Shown here: piece by piece, positions 25,031-39,342 of the stretch
How the letters are laid out: each line of letters begins with the position of its first letter
Numbering within the stretch: position 1 is the first letter of the stretch
Origin: Octopus bimaculoides
Taxonomy: Eukaryota
Length of the DNA: 64,000 nucleotides
Reading direction: 5' to 3'
Assembly: GCF_001194135.2 (NCBI RefSeq)
Contig: NC_068992.1
Coordinates: forward strand, 4,665,493 to 4,729,492
Position numbers and translations under genes: made by a program
Notes under the pieces: generated by a model
Told to the model about the DNA's origin: nothing
Databases searched by the model: none
What the model saw: only the letters and a program-made list of their open reading frames with translations

Positions 25031-27033
25031 TCGGTAGAGATCGAAAATGAAATTTTTTTATGTTTTCATTTGTTTCATTTATGTCGTTCGAAGTTTAGGC
25101 TATATAAAATTAATATAATAATAACAACATTATTTCGCTGGCGAAAGCTCGAACGAAATCAACAAGATAATCTCTGTTGTAGTTGAACAATCAATCGATA
25201 ATACATATAAAGAGCTAAAACTGAAATATATTTCATCATAAAGTAAATATTTGTGTTGTAGCCATTTTGTGTTGGTGTTTGTGTTGGTTTTGTGCGCGCT
25301 TTCTGTGTGTTGTAAGTGAGCATGGTGAAAGACTGCAAGATTTTAAAAGGGAGATGGCTATCTTTTATTGATTGCCATAATATTTGTGCACGTGTTCTTT
25401 TGAAATTGAAGCAAGCAAGCTTTGCTCAACCTTTTCACCGGTTAGGAAAACAAATTCTGATACATAAACAACTCTTCTAGCTCATGTCAACACGCTTTCA
25501 CACACTCAAGGGCACATACACACACAAATATATATATATATANNNNNNNNNNNNNNNNNNNNNNNNNNNNNNNNNNNNNNNNNNNNNNNNNNNNNNNNNN
25601 NNNNNNNNNNNNNNNNNNNNNNNNNNNNNNNNNNNNNNNNNNNNNNNNNNNNNNNNNNNNNNNNNNNNNNNNNNNNNNNNNNNNNNNNNNNNNNNNNNNN
25701 NNNNNNNNNNNNNNNNNNNNNNNNNNNNNNNNNNNNNNNNNNNNNNNNNNNNNNNNNNNNNNNNNNNNNNNNNNNNNNNNNNNNNNNNNNNNNNNNNNNN
25801 NNNNNNNNNNNNNNNNNNNNNNNNNNNNNNNNNNNNNNNNNNNNNNNNNNNNNNNNNNNNNNNNNNNNNNNNNNNNNNNNNNNNNNNNNNNNNNNNNNNN
25901 NNNNNNNNNNNNNNNNNNNNNNNNNNNNNNNNNNNNNNNNNNNNNNNNNNNNNNNNNNNNNNNNNNNNNNNNNNNNNNNNNNNNNNNNNNNNNNNNNNNN
26001 NCATATACACGTCATACGCACATCCATTGCCGCTCACACATACATAACTCATAGACACAAGAACGGAAATTCAAAGAGTACACAAAAATCGCGAAGATAC
26101 ATGCTTACACATAGATAGAAAGGCACAGAAGTTATCAACAAGTGTGAATACATGACAAGTGAATGCATAACATTCCACGCGAGCTGAGTTCTCATTAATT
26201 GAATAAGAATCCAAAATCCCCAAATCATTTATGTGTACTTAACAATAATGCAGGAGCTGAATCAATAATAGACCATTAACAATAACCCATCAATAACAAC
26301 AACAGAAACAACACCAGTGTATTTACAATTTTAACACGATCGAAATCTACTGGGACAGTATTCAAACTGAGCAAGGCATATATTACATTTCTACCACTTC
26401 CTCAGTAGAGGGCATTTGACATAAACACCCTGTATATCACTGCCATCAGCAACACAATTTTCAATGCTTATAAAAACAGACTATCTTTTTCACTTCCCAC
26501 ACCACATTTAACGTTTTTGCTTTTGACAGCGTGCTCCATTCAACGGGCTAGTACATANNNNNNNNNNNNNNNNNNNNNNNNNNNNNNNNNNNNNNNNNNN
26601 NNNNNNNNNNNNNNNNNNNNNNNNNNNNNNNNNNNNNNNNNNNNNNNNNNNNNNNNNNNNNNNNNNNNNNNNNNNNNNNNNNNNNNNNNNNNNNNNNNNN
26701 NNNNNNNNNNNNNNNNNNNNNNNNNNNNNNNNNNNNNNNNNNNNNNNNNNNNNNNNNNNNNNNNNNNNNNNNNNNNNNNNNNNNNNNNNNNNNNNNNNNN
26801 NNNNNNNNNNNNNNNNNNNNNNNNNNNNNNNNNNNNNNNNNNNNNNNNNNNNNNNNNNNNNNNNNNNNNNNNNNNNNNNNNNNNNNNNNNNNNNNNNNNN
26901 NNNNNNNNNNNNNNNNNNNNNNNNNNNNNNNNNNNNNNNNNNNNNNNNNNNNNNNNNNNNNNNNNNNNNNNNNNNNNNNNNNNNNNNNNNNNNNNNNNNN
27001 NNNNNNNATATATATATATATATATATATACAT

Positions 27034-27067
<34 letters not shown>

Positions 27068-27318
27068 TTATATAATAGTGAATCCAAACAAGGAAGAACA
27101 AGCAAGAAAAAACAATAACACTAGGACGTGGTTCAACTACTGTATTATCAGACGCTCAGGAAAGGAAGGAAAGAGGATTTAACGTTTCGAGTAAAGCGCT
27201 TCTTCAGAACTATAGGAAAGTCCAAAGGAAGGGAAGACGGAGGAGGAAAATCACCAACGTTACACACAAGATATATATGGATATATACATGTATTTAAAG
27301 GTTAAAAAATCATGAAGA

Positions 27319-28010
27319 ACCCCGTCGGTCTTGAATGACAATGGGATTGCAGCTAGAAAGTTCCCCTACGAGACACATCGAGGGATCGAGAGATCGAGAC
27401 CCCAGTAATGAACTAACTTTTCATCCGGCCAATCAGAGCTCACCTTGAACATCCACATGCCGTGTACTACTACGGTATAGCAAGTCATGCGCAGAATGGT
27501 GTATGCCATTCTGTGAGTACAGATAGCAGATCCCACATAAGCACCACTTCCCCACCACCATCCTCACAGATCAATTGAACACCATTTCTATATGGAGCTA
27601 CCGTTAGGTACCTATGCTCAGACTGAAGGTAGACAAGTCGAATAGTGTCAGAGATATATTAGAGCCTCCACAGATCTCTTTTGATTTTGTTATACTAATC
27701 ATTGCCGCTGTCTGCACTACGAAACCAAAATATACTGGAACCACCTGGTGGTATTATTTTCTCTTTCTGGCTATATTTTCTCTTTCTAGAAGATGTTGGC
27801 CGTGATCAAACCTTAAGCGCTTTTGCCCCACAATGTCCCAAAATACACAAAAGATAAAGTGATTCCCAAAGAAGCATTTGCAGGTATATTCAGGTGTTAA
27901 GAAGCTGCCGTCAAAACAAGGCAAGAAGGTAGAGAGTAATCGACGAAAATGAAGAATGCAGTGTAGAGTATACTTCTGATAGGAAATATCTAGTATTATA
28001 TTGCCGTAGG
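27319..28010 (-). mobile_element. Probable non-LTR retrotransposon 3' remnant sharing its 3' tail with SINE family B
   Basis: 27319-27366 (reverse complement) matches SINE tail 6978-7025 at 41/48 nt. The upstream sequence is not SINE-like. A weak L1/Tx1-like C-terminal peptide (TLHCILHFRRL...IFCVFWD) is present. Confidence 0.45.
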
Positions 28011-28216
28011 GCCACATTTAAAATTATGTATAGGTAGATATTTGAACGGATAAATAGATTTGCGACCAGGTAATATTTATTTGATGAATATTAATAATTG
28101 AGCACAAAATAAATTTGGTGAGGTAAAGAAAAATAGCTCAAAGATTTATCTACCCATACAGACACACATTTATATATAAATATATTCATATATATTTACA
28201 TAATGTATGTATGTAT

Positions 28217-28249
<33 letters not shown>

Positions 28250-28264
28250 AACAGACATGCACAG

Positions 28265-28333
<69 letters not shown>

Positions 28334-29891
28334 TATATATACATACATAACACGTACATTCATGCGCACATATACATTCATATACGTGTGTGAATATGTT
28401 CTGTTTGCGGCGCTTTCTATATAGATATCTGTCCACTTCGCCAAAATTCTATTCACGCTATTGTAATAAAGTTTTCCTTTACTGTAATAGTTCAATGTAT
28501 TTATTAAAAAAAAAATGAATTTAGAAGAATAGAAAAGCGAAAACAAACGAAAGACGATACTACTTTTTAAATTTCAATTACGAAAACTAAATAACAATAT
28601 TTTCTCTTCAATTCAATATTTCTCCCATGAATTGTTATTCAGCTTTGTATTGAAGATGTTGTTCCAAGGTACGTTTTGCTGTGAATATTTAGACATTTTG
28701 CAATATATAATTCACTGGTTCGTGAAAAATGTATGATTATGAAAAGACCAAACTAACCGTTTATTTCAGTTCAAATGATCGCTTTGTATACTATAATAGA
28801 ACTTAACCGTTTCAGCAAAAAAAGACCGATAAATAAAAGTTATGTATGCATGCACCTCCCTCTATCAACATAAATATATACATACAAATGTGAATTTGAT
28901 TTACTTATCTACGTTCCAGCGAGGGAGCTTTGTACCTTTGATAGAAACCAGCTTCTTCTCTCAGAGGAAGCTCTGGAATAATTAAAACCGGAAGCAACAC
29001 ACGCATACACATGCACGCAAACACAAACTCATACACACGCATGTACAAACACATACGTTGATATATACACACGCATAATGTCAGTATACTGACTGTATTC
29101 CTATAATGTTAAGAAATCAGTATGATTAGAAATAACTGAGTGATTTATCTATGCGCATTACAATCGTGCGGCTTCGGTTCTGAGTCCATTGTGTTGCATC
29201 TTTGTGAAACGAGTCTCTTCGTGTTTAACATTGTCGTCCATACGCATTTAAGTTAAAATTGTCTTCTGCTGCCCTCTACAGTATCGAAAGAACGACGTAC
29301 GTAGGTTGTTGCAATCAACCTGGAAACGGTAAATGCATTAGCTACTATGAAGTAGAGAACAAACAACGACTAAAACTACCAACAGAACGCTATTATTTAT
29401 TCTATCAGAGGTTTATTTTTCCAACAGAAACTGAAATAATGTTATATATATACTGTACTCAGTAATAAATGTTCACCAGCGAAGCAGATGCGCATGCGAC
29501 AATCAGTAAACGATATAGAGATAGGCTTTCGTAAAATATTAATGACCTATCTAATCTAAGGAGATCATCAGAACACTATGCCAATAGATAGTAAATTTTC
29601 TCATGAGAGATTGATAGAAATCGTTATCACATTAATAAAATTCAATTTAATTGAATCCTCATTCTTCTTCATTTCCAGAATTGGCAGTACATCTCTTACT
29701 TTCAACTCAATGTATTTTAACATCATTTCATTATTATATGTTTTTTTTTAATCTTTTGCTACCAATATACATACATGTATGTATAATGTTCTACGTGATT
29801 ATATAATGAATATGCATGGCTACATCGTGTGTAAGTATATATATATATACATGTCTGAGTGCGTGTGTGTATGTGTGTGCGTGTGTTTGTG

Positions 29892-30727
29892 TACATTGGG
29901 TTGGCAAGAAAGTAATTCCGGTTTCTGCTAACAGGTTTATGATATTTTTGAATGACGTTTGTCAGTGTTATTTTTCTTTTGACATTGGATACGGCCACTT
30001 TTAGTTTAATTTAGATGCAAATTGCGCGTAATTTTCATTACAGCTGTTAGTTAAATGTCAATTTTAACATGAAGGGTAAAAACGAATATTTTCGCCATAT
30101 TTTACTTTTGCATTTCCGTAAAGGCACGAAAAGCTGCTGAAGATCACAAAGTAAAGTTTATAATGTTAATTGCCAGAAATGGTTCTAAAAATTCCATTCT
30201 GGAGAAGTTTCTCTTAAAGATGACCACTTTCTGGCCGACCTACTGAAGATGATGATGACCGAATCAAAGCAATTGAATATAATTGTTATATAAATGTGCG
30301 AGAGATTGCAAGGAGGTTAAATGTATGAGATACAACGATTGAAAATCTCTTAAAATATCTTTGACTCTTTAAGAAGATTCATATTTGGGTTCTACATAAA
30401 TTGAAAGAGATTCACTTATAAAATAACGAATGAATATTTGAGATATGCATCTCCAACGCAATGAACTCGACCTTCTTTTGAAACAAGTCATCACTGGTGA
30501 TGAAAAAATGGATTACCTGCAATAACATCAATGGAAAACGATCACGGTACAGGCGCGATGAACCAGCAGAAACCACATTGAAAGCTGAATTGCATAAGAA
30601 AAGGGAAGGCTGTCAATTTGGTGGGATTACAAAGGTGTTGTGTATTTTGAGCTGCTTCCAAGGAACCAAATGGTCAAGTCAGATGTTTACTGTCAACAAC
30701 TAATAAAACTAGAGGAAACAATAAAAG
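29892..30727 (+). mobile_element. Mariner transposon, 5' two-thirds, decayed
   Basis: TA plus TIR cattgggttggcaagaaagtaattccggttt (Hsmar1/Made1-like); MKGKNEYFRHILLLHFRKG (30069), WVLHKLKE, ITGDEKWI (first catalytic D), WWDYKGVVYFELLPRNQMVKSDVYCQQL. Confidence 0.92.
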
Positions 30728-31505
30728 CCCTATCTTCCATAAATAAAGAGTTTTCTTTAATCATTTCACCCCTGCAGAAGACTGGAATGAGTCCTTTCTG
30801 CAATATCGACACATATTCACCTAAGTTTATGTTTCCCACGCACTCCACCACATCTGATCAACCATTGCGCCAAATCACTCCCCAGACTATTACAGAATAG
30901 CTGCAGAATACCCACGGTCGACCTCTGTTAGAACACGTAATAAATCTGGACTTAACATAGAATATGACGGTGTCCCAAAATGCTAGAGGCCATCTTGCTA
31001 GCTCAGTCATTTATCCGCTTGATGTTGGCTGGTCGACGAAGTGGCTTCCTTCTTGCTGCTCTGCCATAGTAACCAAGTTTGTGGAGACACCTGACGGCTG
31101 TTCTGGGACTGACATGAACTTGGTCTACTACAACAGAGGCCTTGCAAAGAGGATTATCCTCCACACTTCTCTTAAAGAGAAATGTCCCTTCAGAGGGCAC
31201 TGGCTGATCAGGGCGAGGTGATGTGAACTCCTTCCCCTTTCTCGTGATTTGCACAATCACTCTATTAAATGTAGAAAGTGGGATCCCTAGGTTTTCTGTC
31301 ATTATACGCTATGTCCACATTCAGAATGACCCATAATACGACCTCTTTCAAAATTACAGAGTTCCAAGGCTTCTTTTGTACACGGCATGATTAAACAGAC
31401 ACGTGTAGAACCTGAAACCTAAAAATGTCGATTAAGGAAAATTATAAACCGTTACAAGTTAGTATAAACATAAAACGGTTTTTTATGTGGTGTCTATTCA
31501 TTTGC
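30726..31505 (-). mobile_element. Tc1-like transposon, 5' two-thirds, decayed
   Basis: ERGRI.G..ECG, LHKLGYYGRAARRKPLRRPANIKR, FWDTVIF(YVK)SRF, WGVIW..G, YVSILQKGLIP, FMEDRA (second D of the DDE motif). Confidence 0.9.
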
Positions 31506-31526
31506 GTGTGTGTGTTTGTGTGCGTG

Positions 31527-31590
<64 letters not shown>

Positions 31591-33087
31591 TATATATATA
31601 TGTATTTATAAATTCATATATAGGGAGAGAGATATGTGGGGAAAGTGTTTATGAGAAAAATATCGAAATCGAGCGGCATACAAATGAATATAATTACCGT
31701 AATGTTTATGTAAATTACGTTAGGCAGTCAAATTGTATGAACAGAAGCGCAATTACGTCCTCTAAACATTGATGTGCGTTTAAACAATGAAGACCAATTA
31801 TAATAGTTGATAGGATTGGACAACATATTTACTCTACCGTCAGAATAACCGCTATAAGTGAGTCACATACAAAGCACTACGCGCAGTTAAGCAATCTTAT
31901 CCAGAATCTATCACATTGATTAAAGTTTATCAACTGATATTCCCTTGGATTTTGTATTATTTACAATCAACATGACTTGATGATTGAAAATATGAACTTA
32001 CATTATCAAATGATTTATAATTACAATCACCTAATTTAAAACATAATTACAAGCTGCATATTTATCAAACGATCAACATCTACTTTGTTCACTTTAGAAA
32101 AATAGCTCAACACATTTTAATGTCTTCAGTAACATAATTCATCACGCTATAGAATGTTGAAGAAAAGCTGATTTGATTTCCGTTCTTTACCGTCATTCAC
32201 AAACTAACAAAAACTTTAAGGTCGAAATATGCGTGTAATTGCGTCTTCCTATTCATGCAATACAAATAAACACATAATATACAGCAGAATAGTTCATTGC
32301 TAAGGTCACTCAACGAATATCTGGATTTTGCTTGTATACAAAGTGTTAATAATTGCAGATCGTTTGTGCAGTTAGAGATTTTTCCTTAATTATCGACGGC
32401 TGGAGGCTCAAAGCTATTAATGAGAATTCCGATTTTCGTGTAAAAGATTTTATTCCGTTAGTTTAGCATTAGCGTCATTATTGACGGTGATAAAATCAGA
32501 TTTTAACTGGATCATAGGCTTGTGGCTAATTAAATGAACGACTTCTGGTTCAATAGACAATATTTCAAATGTTGACCTCCAAAGATGGATGAAGCTTTCA
32601 TCTGCCTAGTGACGATAGCTGAACAAGTTACTAAATCACTTGAATATAATACTGATTTTATGGGTCATTGCGAAGCAACTATCTGCAGATTCCTGCGGTA
32701 TATACTTTCTTAAGCAGGCGTGGATGGCGTAATATGCCAATAGTCCAATTCTTGGTATTTAACGCTATGCTAAATGTTCATATGCTATGTAACGTAATCA
32801 ATATGCCAACTCACACAGACACACACACATACCTACACACACAGACACATGAGTTTCTCCCTGTCTTTGTCTTTGTCCATGAGTGTATCTCTCCCGCTCT
32901 CTCTTATATGCATTAATGTATGTCTGGTTCGTGGAAAGAACAAGCTTCTACCCATAAAACACCGCTCTTTCATAGGGATGTATGCAACATCGATGAGATA
33001 GTCAAGCAAATATGTATCTGTGAACGTATACATTTATCTCCGCATGTATGCATATAAACTCTCACTCTCTGTCTGTCTGTATGTCTT

Positions 33088-33146
<59 letters not shown>

Positions 33147-33155
33147 GTCTCTCTC

Positions 33156-33202
<47 letters not shown>

Positions 33203-33203
<1 letters not shown>

Positions 33204-33362
33204 ACATTTCGAAATCTCTCAGAGAGAATTAGATAGTAGTGATACGATAAAGTAGTTGAATGCTGTCCCCTTAAGGTGACAGTCCCATGAAGGGAATAAT
33301 ACTACTGTTCTTTAGCCCTAGGACGCAGAACCTCGTCCTGTCGGCCTTGACACATTTCTTAT
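33203..33362. mobile_element. Arm of a dispersed repeat, inverted relative to 42776-42934
   Basis: Alignable over about 160 bp with the reverse complement of 42776-42934, including aaatctctcagagaga, tgtc.ccttaaggtgaca, tttagccctagga and cttgacacatttc. Confidence 0.75.
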
Positions 33363-33632
33363 CTCCCACTCATGGCGGTGTGCGCAGAGCCATTGTCGTG
33401 ATGAAAACACCATTCGCCACTTCGCCACACATCGGGCGTTTTCGTCTCATCGCGTCTCGGAAATGCTTCAGAACTACGAAGTAAAATGCCTGATCAACAG
33501 TTTGACAAAGAAGAAACAAATTCTGTGTGGATAATTCCTTTCGTATCAGGGAAGCATATCAGCAACGTCTTGACATTGGACTCCATTTGACAATCATTTT
33601 TTGGGCGTGGTGACTTCGAATGTTTCCTTTGA
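33363..33632 (-). mobile_element. Mariner transposase middle fragment
   Basis: SNVKTLLICFPDTKGIIHTEFV, TVDQAFYFVVLKHFRDAMRRKRP, WCFHHDNGSAHTA (HDNA motif at 33391-33400). Confidence 0.88.
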
Positions 33633-35294
33633 TATATATATATATATATAATATACATATATAATTTTATTTGATAACCGATTGTGCGCATGATTAATTC
33701 ACACATTGACATAACGTTAGCACTGCTGCATCAAGATGCCTCAGCTCCACGAAATAGGAAGCTGAGTCAGGTGTAGCTTACAAGAACAAACAAAAATAAA
33801 TAATTGATATTTTAGTCCCTTTATTACATATATTTCAATAATCAATAATGAAATCGGTTACCAACGATTTTTTTCAGATAGCATTTTGAAATCTCCAGCT
33901 CAGTTTCCGTATATTTATAAACGAATCATGCTTCATCGAATAATAGAAAATGAGAAAAAGAAATTAACAAATGTAATATAAAGCAGATAATATATTAAAG
34001 CAGTTTTAAAAGAGTTTACTTTAGGTAAGATGAGTCAAAGCATAGGAACCAGATAACATAGGAATAAAAGACAGTTAGATGAAACGCACCTTAAAGAATA
34101 GACGTTAAATGAATAATCGCAATACAATATGAAATGCAAAAAATAAACACGAGTCAGAAAGAGATAAAAAGATAATGTAGACGAAGGAAAGGAAAATACC
34201 GTACAACAAAAAATATATGGCATAATGAAAATAAATGAATAAATACTGTAAACTCTAACAAATATATATAAGATGGGAAAAAGAGAGACGAATAAAAGAT
34301 TGTGGAAATAAAAAGGAAAAAAAGGAGTAAATAAAAAAAATATCATTTAGAGAATGACGTCTCTTTTGTACCGAGGCGACGAAACTATGCTGCTCGATAA
34401 AATCAATTAGCTATGGATAGTGGAAGATTGAAAGCATTTTTTTTACATCAATGCATCTAATATACCTTTGAGGACTCATTTGATAAAGCGCTTGTATATA
34501 TTCACAATGTTTGCTATTTGTAGGAATACTTCTTAACCATAATTGACAGCACATATTTCTAAGTTACCCTTGTTTGCTAGTTATTTCCCTACCATATGTA
34601 GTGAAATGTATGAATTTCTGTGACAATCACAAACATGTTCCTGTAGTGCATCTGGTTACTATACCACATTGTACTCCAATACGTGAGAATGCTATGTAGT
34701 ATCTTATACAGCTGAAATCTAGAAGAGCTTTTGCGAATTTTGTTGAATAAATGCAATGTGGCTGAAGCTCTGATAATGTTGTGTCTTCTGGTTAATTTAA
34801 GTCACGAGGAATATCTATTAGAAAATACAATGAAAAGTTAAATTTGACCGCACTGCAACTTTTATGTACGACGCTAAAATGAAGTACATCATCTGGAATA
34901 ACAAGTAGAACTTTGTTAAAAACATGGTTTCAAAACGATTCTGGAAGCTGAAGATGTGTACATATATATATATATATATANNNNNNNNNNNNNNNNNNNN
35001 NNNNNNNNNNNNNNNNNNNNNNNNNNNNNNNNNNNNNNNNNNNNNNNNNNNNNNNNNNNNNNNNNNNNNNNNNNNNNNNNNNNNNNNNNNNNNNNNNNNN
35101 NNNNNNNNNNNNNNNNNNNNNNNNNNNNNNNNNNNNNNNNNNNNNNNNNNNNNNNNNNNNNNNNNNNNNNNNNNNNNNNNNNNNNNNNNNNNNNNNNNNN
35201 NNNNNNNNNNNNNNNNNNNNNNNNNNNNNTAAATATTATCGTATATATGTTTGTGTGTATGTGTGATTGCGCGCGCGCTTGTATATCTATATTT

Positions 35295-35345
<51 letters not shown>

Positions 35346-36278
35346 CATGAATGTGTGTGAGTAGTTTTGTGTGAGTGTGTATGTGTGTGTGTATACTTGC
35401 GTATGCATAATATATATGCACGTTTGAACGGATATCAGATTAGAAAGCTGAGATAACGTTATAGATCTTGGTATAATTTCTACCCAGTGTATAACATTTA
35501 CGCTTCACAGCAAAATTATCAACAAATATATATCGATAGTATTTACTATTTTAAACGAGAGAAACAAAGCTGGATGTTGAAACACACAAATATGAACTGC
35601 ATAGAGGGAAGGAGTGAGAAGTGTCAATGGAAAAGAGAAAGAAAAAAGCTGGTAGTTGTGAAGGAGGTGCTACTATGCAAATAAGTCAAAGATTTATCTT
35701 GTGAAACCGTTAAAATTCCAATACCATTGAAATTATATAAAGTTTCTGCCTCATATCTGCTCACATTTTGGGGACAACCTTATATTCTTGAGGACATTTG
35801 CAAGAAACAATCTTGCCAGGAATTGATTTTTGCCAAGAGATCTTGCAGTAATTTTTTTTACTGAGTTAGCTTATATATTTTTCATAGCATATCACAAAAT
35901 CATGTCAGACTGACGTCAAAATGTCAGTCTTAATGCATGCATGCATCCATCTATCCATCCATCCAGCCAGCCAGCCAGCCAGCTATTGTGTTTTAATTCC
36001 TTACATTGGATTCGTAAGGAGAAATGTTTCAGCAAATGAGCTCTTGATATGTGAAAAAGATTGCTTGAAGGATATCATTAGTTTCTGAATTTCTTTGGAT
36101 TCGCTCCCAGTGAAACGTACTGCGCTAACTGAACCAGAAGCACACATAAATATTATTACGTCCATCAAATATCAGATTCGTCCTATATTTGTATAACATT
36201 CTCCAGTCTTGACGTGAAGTAAAGTGACGTTTGAACATTAGAATCATGTAAACAATCATGAAACAGAGAAAACTTTAC

Positions 36279-36314
<36 letters not shown>

Positions 36315-37252
36315 TGACATACAGAGTGAGAAAAAGAGAGTGAGAAAAAGGGAGAGAGATAGATAGAGACAAACAGAGAGGAAATGACAGTGGGTGGCAT
36401 AGAAAAAGTAAGAGTGTATGTGTGTGAGAGAGCGAGTGAGAAAGAGAGCGAGAAAGAGAGAGAGAAAGAGCGAGCTTAACGCTGAAATAATGAAAGGCAA
36501 GTTTCAATTCGAGGAAATATGTGTGTGTGTGACGAGCACGACTGTGAAGCATTGAGGCACCAATGGACATTTGGATGCGATTTAATTCTCAATAATATCT
36601 TGGAGTAATCCTGGCTATTTTGGATTTGATGTATCATCTACTGTACTGAAGAAGCTCAATGTATAAGAACAAGATATCACTTAGTATCATTATATTTAAT
36701 AAAGGCCAGGCTACACAATGCATATCCCTCACCGTCTAAGATTACAGAAGAGAGATTGTTGCAAGAATATTACAATGTAAAATGGACGTAAGTTTTATAC
36801 AATAGAAAGTCAGACGTATGCTTTTTATTGCAATCTAAAAGACGATGATGGACGCAGACAACTACTTTCACGCCTGGACACTTTCCTACACTTGTACACT
36901 CATTTTCAACCACTCTGTCCTTCGACGTCTGATGACACAACACTTTGAGCATATTGGACAGGAGGTTTTCGGAATCAATGATCAATGCAAACGCACACGC
37001 CCGCACACGCACACACTCACTCGCGCACACACATATACAAGCACGCACGCACGCATAAAGTCGCAAACATTAAATATATATGAGAGAAGTTACAAAATCT
37101 TCAATCAGAACCAAAACATCTGACAGTATTCTAACTTTCAAAAGACGATTTTACGAACACCAGCTGTTATTTCACCCCCAACAATGCAGTGAACCAATAA
37201 GATTATTGTTCATGAATACAGTGATAGAATATATTAGCAAGTCTATTCACTC

Positions 37253-37254
<2 letters not shown>

Positions 37255-37283
<29 letters not shown>

Positions 37284-37441
37284 TCTCTATATATCTCTCT
37301 CTCTCTGTGTCTCTCTCTTTCTGTCTCACTTACTCTGTGTATATATATATACATATATATATATACACATACATATATGCATGTGTGTATGTACATCTAT
37401 ATAAGTGCATGTGGGCATGGGGTACGGTTTATATATATATT

Positions 37442-37478
<37 letters not shown>

Positions 37479-37669
37479 AAATATAAACATACATATTTAT
37501 GTTATATATATATATATACGTATATATATGTGAGTGCACACGTGCACATATGCCCTCATCTCTTGTATTCATATATGTATATCTCCATAAGCTTATGCCT
37601 ATATTAGTTATATGCAGAAACATATGTATATATGTTACGCTCACACACGCGCATATATATGTATGCATC

Positions 37670-37713
<44 letters not shown>

Positions 37714-37943
37714 TACGTATACATAGTTCTATCTCACTCCATGCATGTGTGTGTATGTATATATACATATATTTCTATATATGTTTATACACGTATATAC
37801 ATATATGCATATATAAATATATGTATACATATATGTATATATATATACATATATACATAAATACGTATATACATATATATATATATATATATATGTGTGT
37901 TGATGTATATGTATATGTTGATGTATATGTATATGTATATATA

Positions 37944-37996
<53 letters not shown>

Positions 37997-38000
37997 TGAA
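37255..38000. repeat. Compound (CT)/(TA)/(TG)/(TATG) microsatellite region
   Basis: Direct reading. Confidence 0.9.
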
Positions 38001-39342
38001 TTAACGAATATAACGTAGATCATTTCATCAGTATAACTTCTCAGATGCCTAACGATGATCTGACAATCATCAGAATCATTATTTAAAGAAGTTAGAACTT
38101 CCCATAACAGAGTCGATAAAAACCATGAAAGAGACTAATTTAATCTCATTTTCTGTGGCAGATGTGTCACTTGCAGTGTTTGGAATATCTATTTATCTAA
38201 TAGCTGTCTAGACCGTTGTAATTAACTTAGCAAAACCTTTCTTATTGAAATCTATTTAAGTTATTCTGAGTGAAGGTTTTTTTTATTTTTTGTGTTTGTC
38301 CCTTGTAAGTTGTCTTCATTTACACTGTGAAAATACGCAAGTTAAAGAAAAAGTTCATTAAAACAAATGGAAAGAATACATGGGAACCTTGCCATATCAT
38401 TGTGTTTCATATACAGACATGTTAGGAGGTAAAAAAAAAATATCAATCAATACTGGACGTGGAATTCGGTGTTTTGAAAATCCATCGGCGCACACATTAA
38501 CGTTACCAATGATGGCTGGGTCAGTCATAATAAGAGTGAAGTATGTGAGGTATATACTTCATGGTTTATATAACTAATAATATATGCAATAAAGCTACGA
38601 ATTAATAATGAATAAATCATAACCAGGGCTGAAAATTCAACATTATTAAAATTGAAAATTGACTTGCCTTTAAAAGAATACGAATTGGCGTCGAAGACTT
38701 TATAGGAACATATCATACTCACATGTATTTTTACCATTTACAGAATATATTTACCAACGGTATATTTATATAACAAGCAAGCTTTAATAAATATGTAAGA
38801 TATAACACAGATTTGGTAAATAAAACGTGTGAAGAAAAAATATCAAAACTGTATTTGAATTTACTCGAAACTATAAATTCTAGAATTTAAATATTTAACT
38901 ACACGTATATAGGCTGTAATTCAATAAAAGAAATAAAACACAAAAACCCCCCCAAAAAACACAGCAAGAGACACACACACAAAATGAAATTTAGAAATAA
39001 TGAATTTCTCTATAGTTTTAAAAAGAAGAGATGACAGGATAAGCAACAATCGGACGAATTTAAGTAAAAAAGCAGCCTATTCATATTATCTGTTATTTTC
39101 ACACGTCGTAGTTAGGCCGTTGTTTAGTAAATGTTGGTAGATTTGATACAACTGAGAACACAGTGTGGAAACATACAAGAACATAAATACAGATGCATAT
39201 ATAGACGTATATAACGATATACATACATACATGTATGTATGTGTGTGTAGTCGTGTGCGTGTGTGTGTGTATACAGTTAGCCGTTCACAACTACGAAAAG
39301 AAACACTCTAAAGCATGAGATGAGTAATATATGGAGGGTTCA

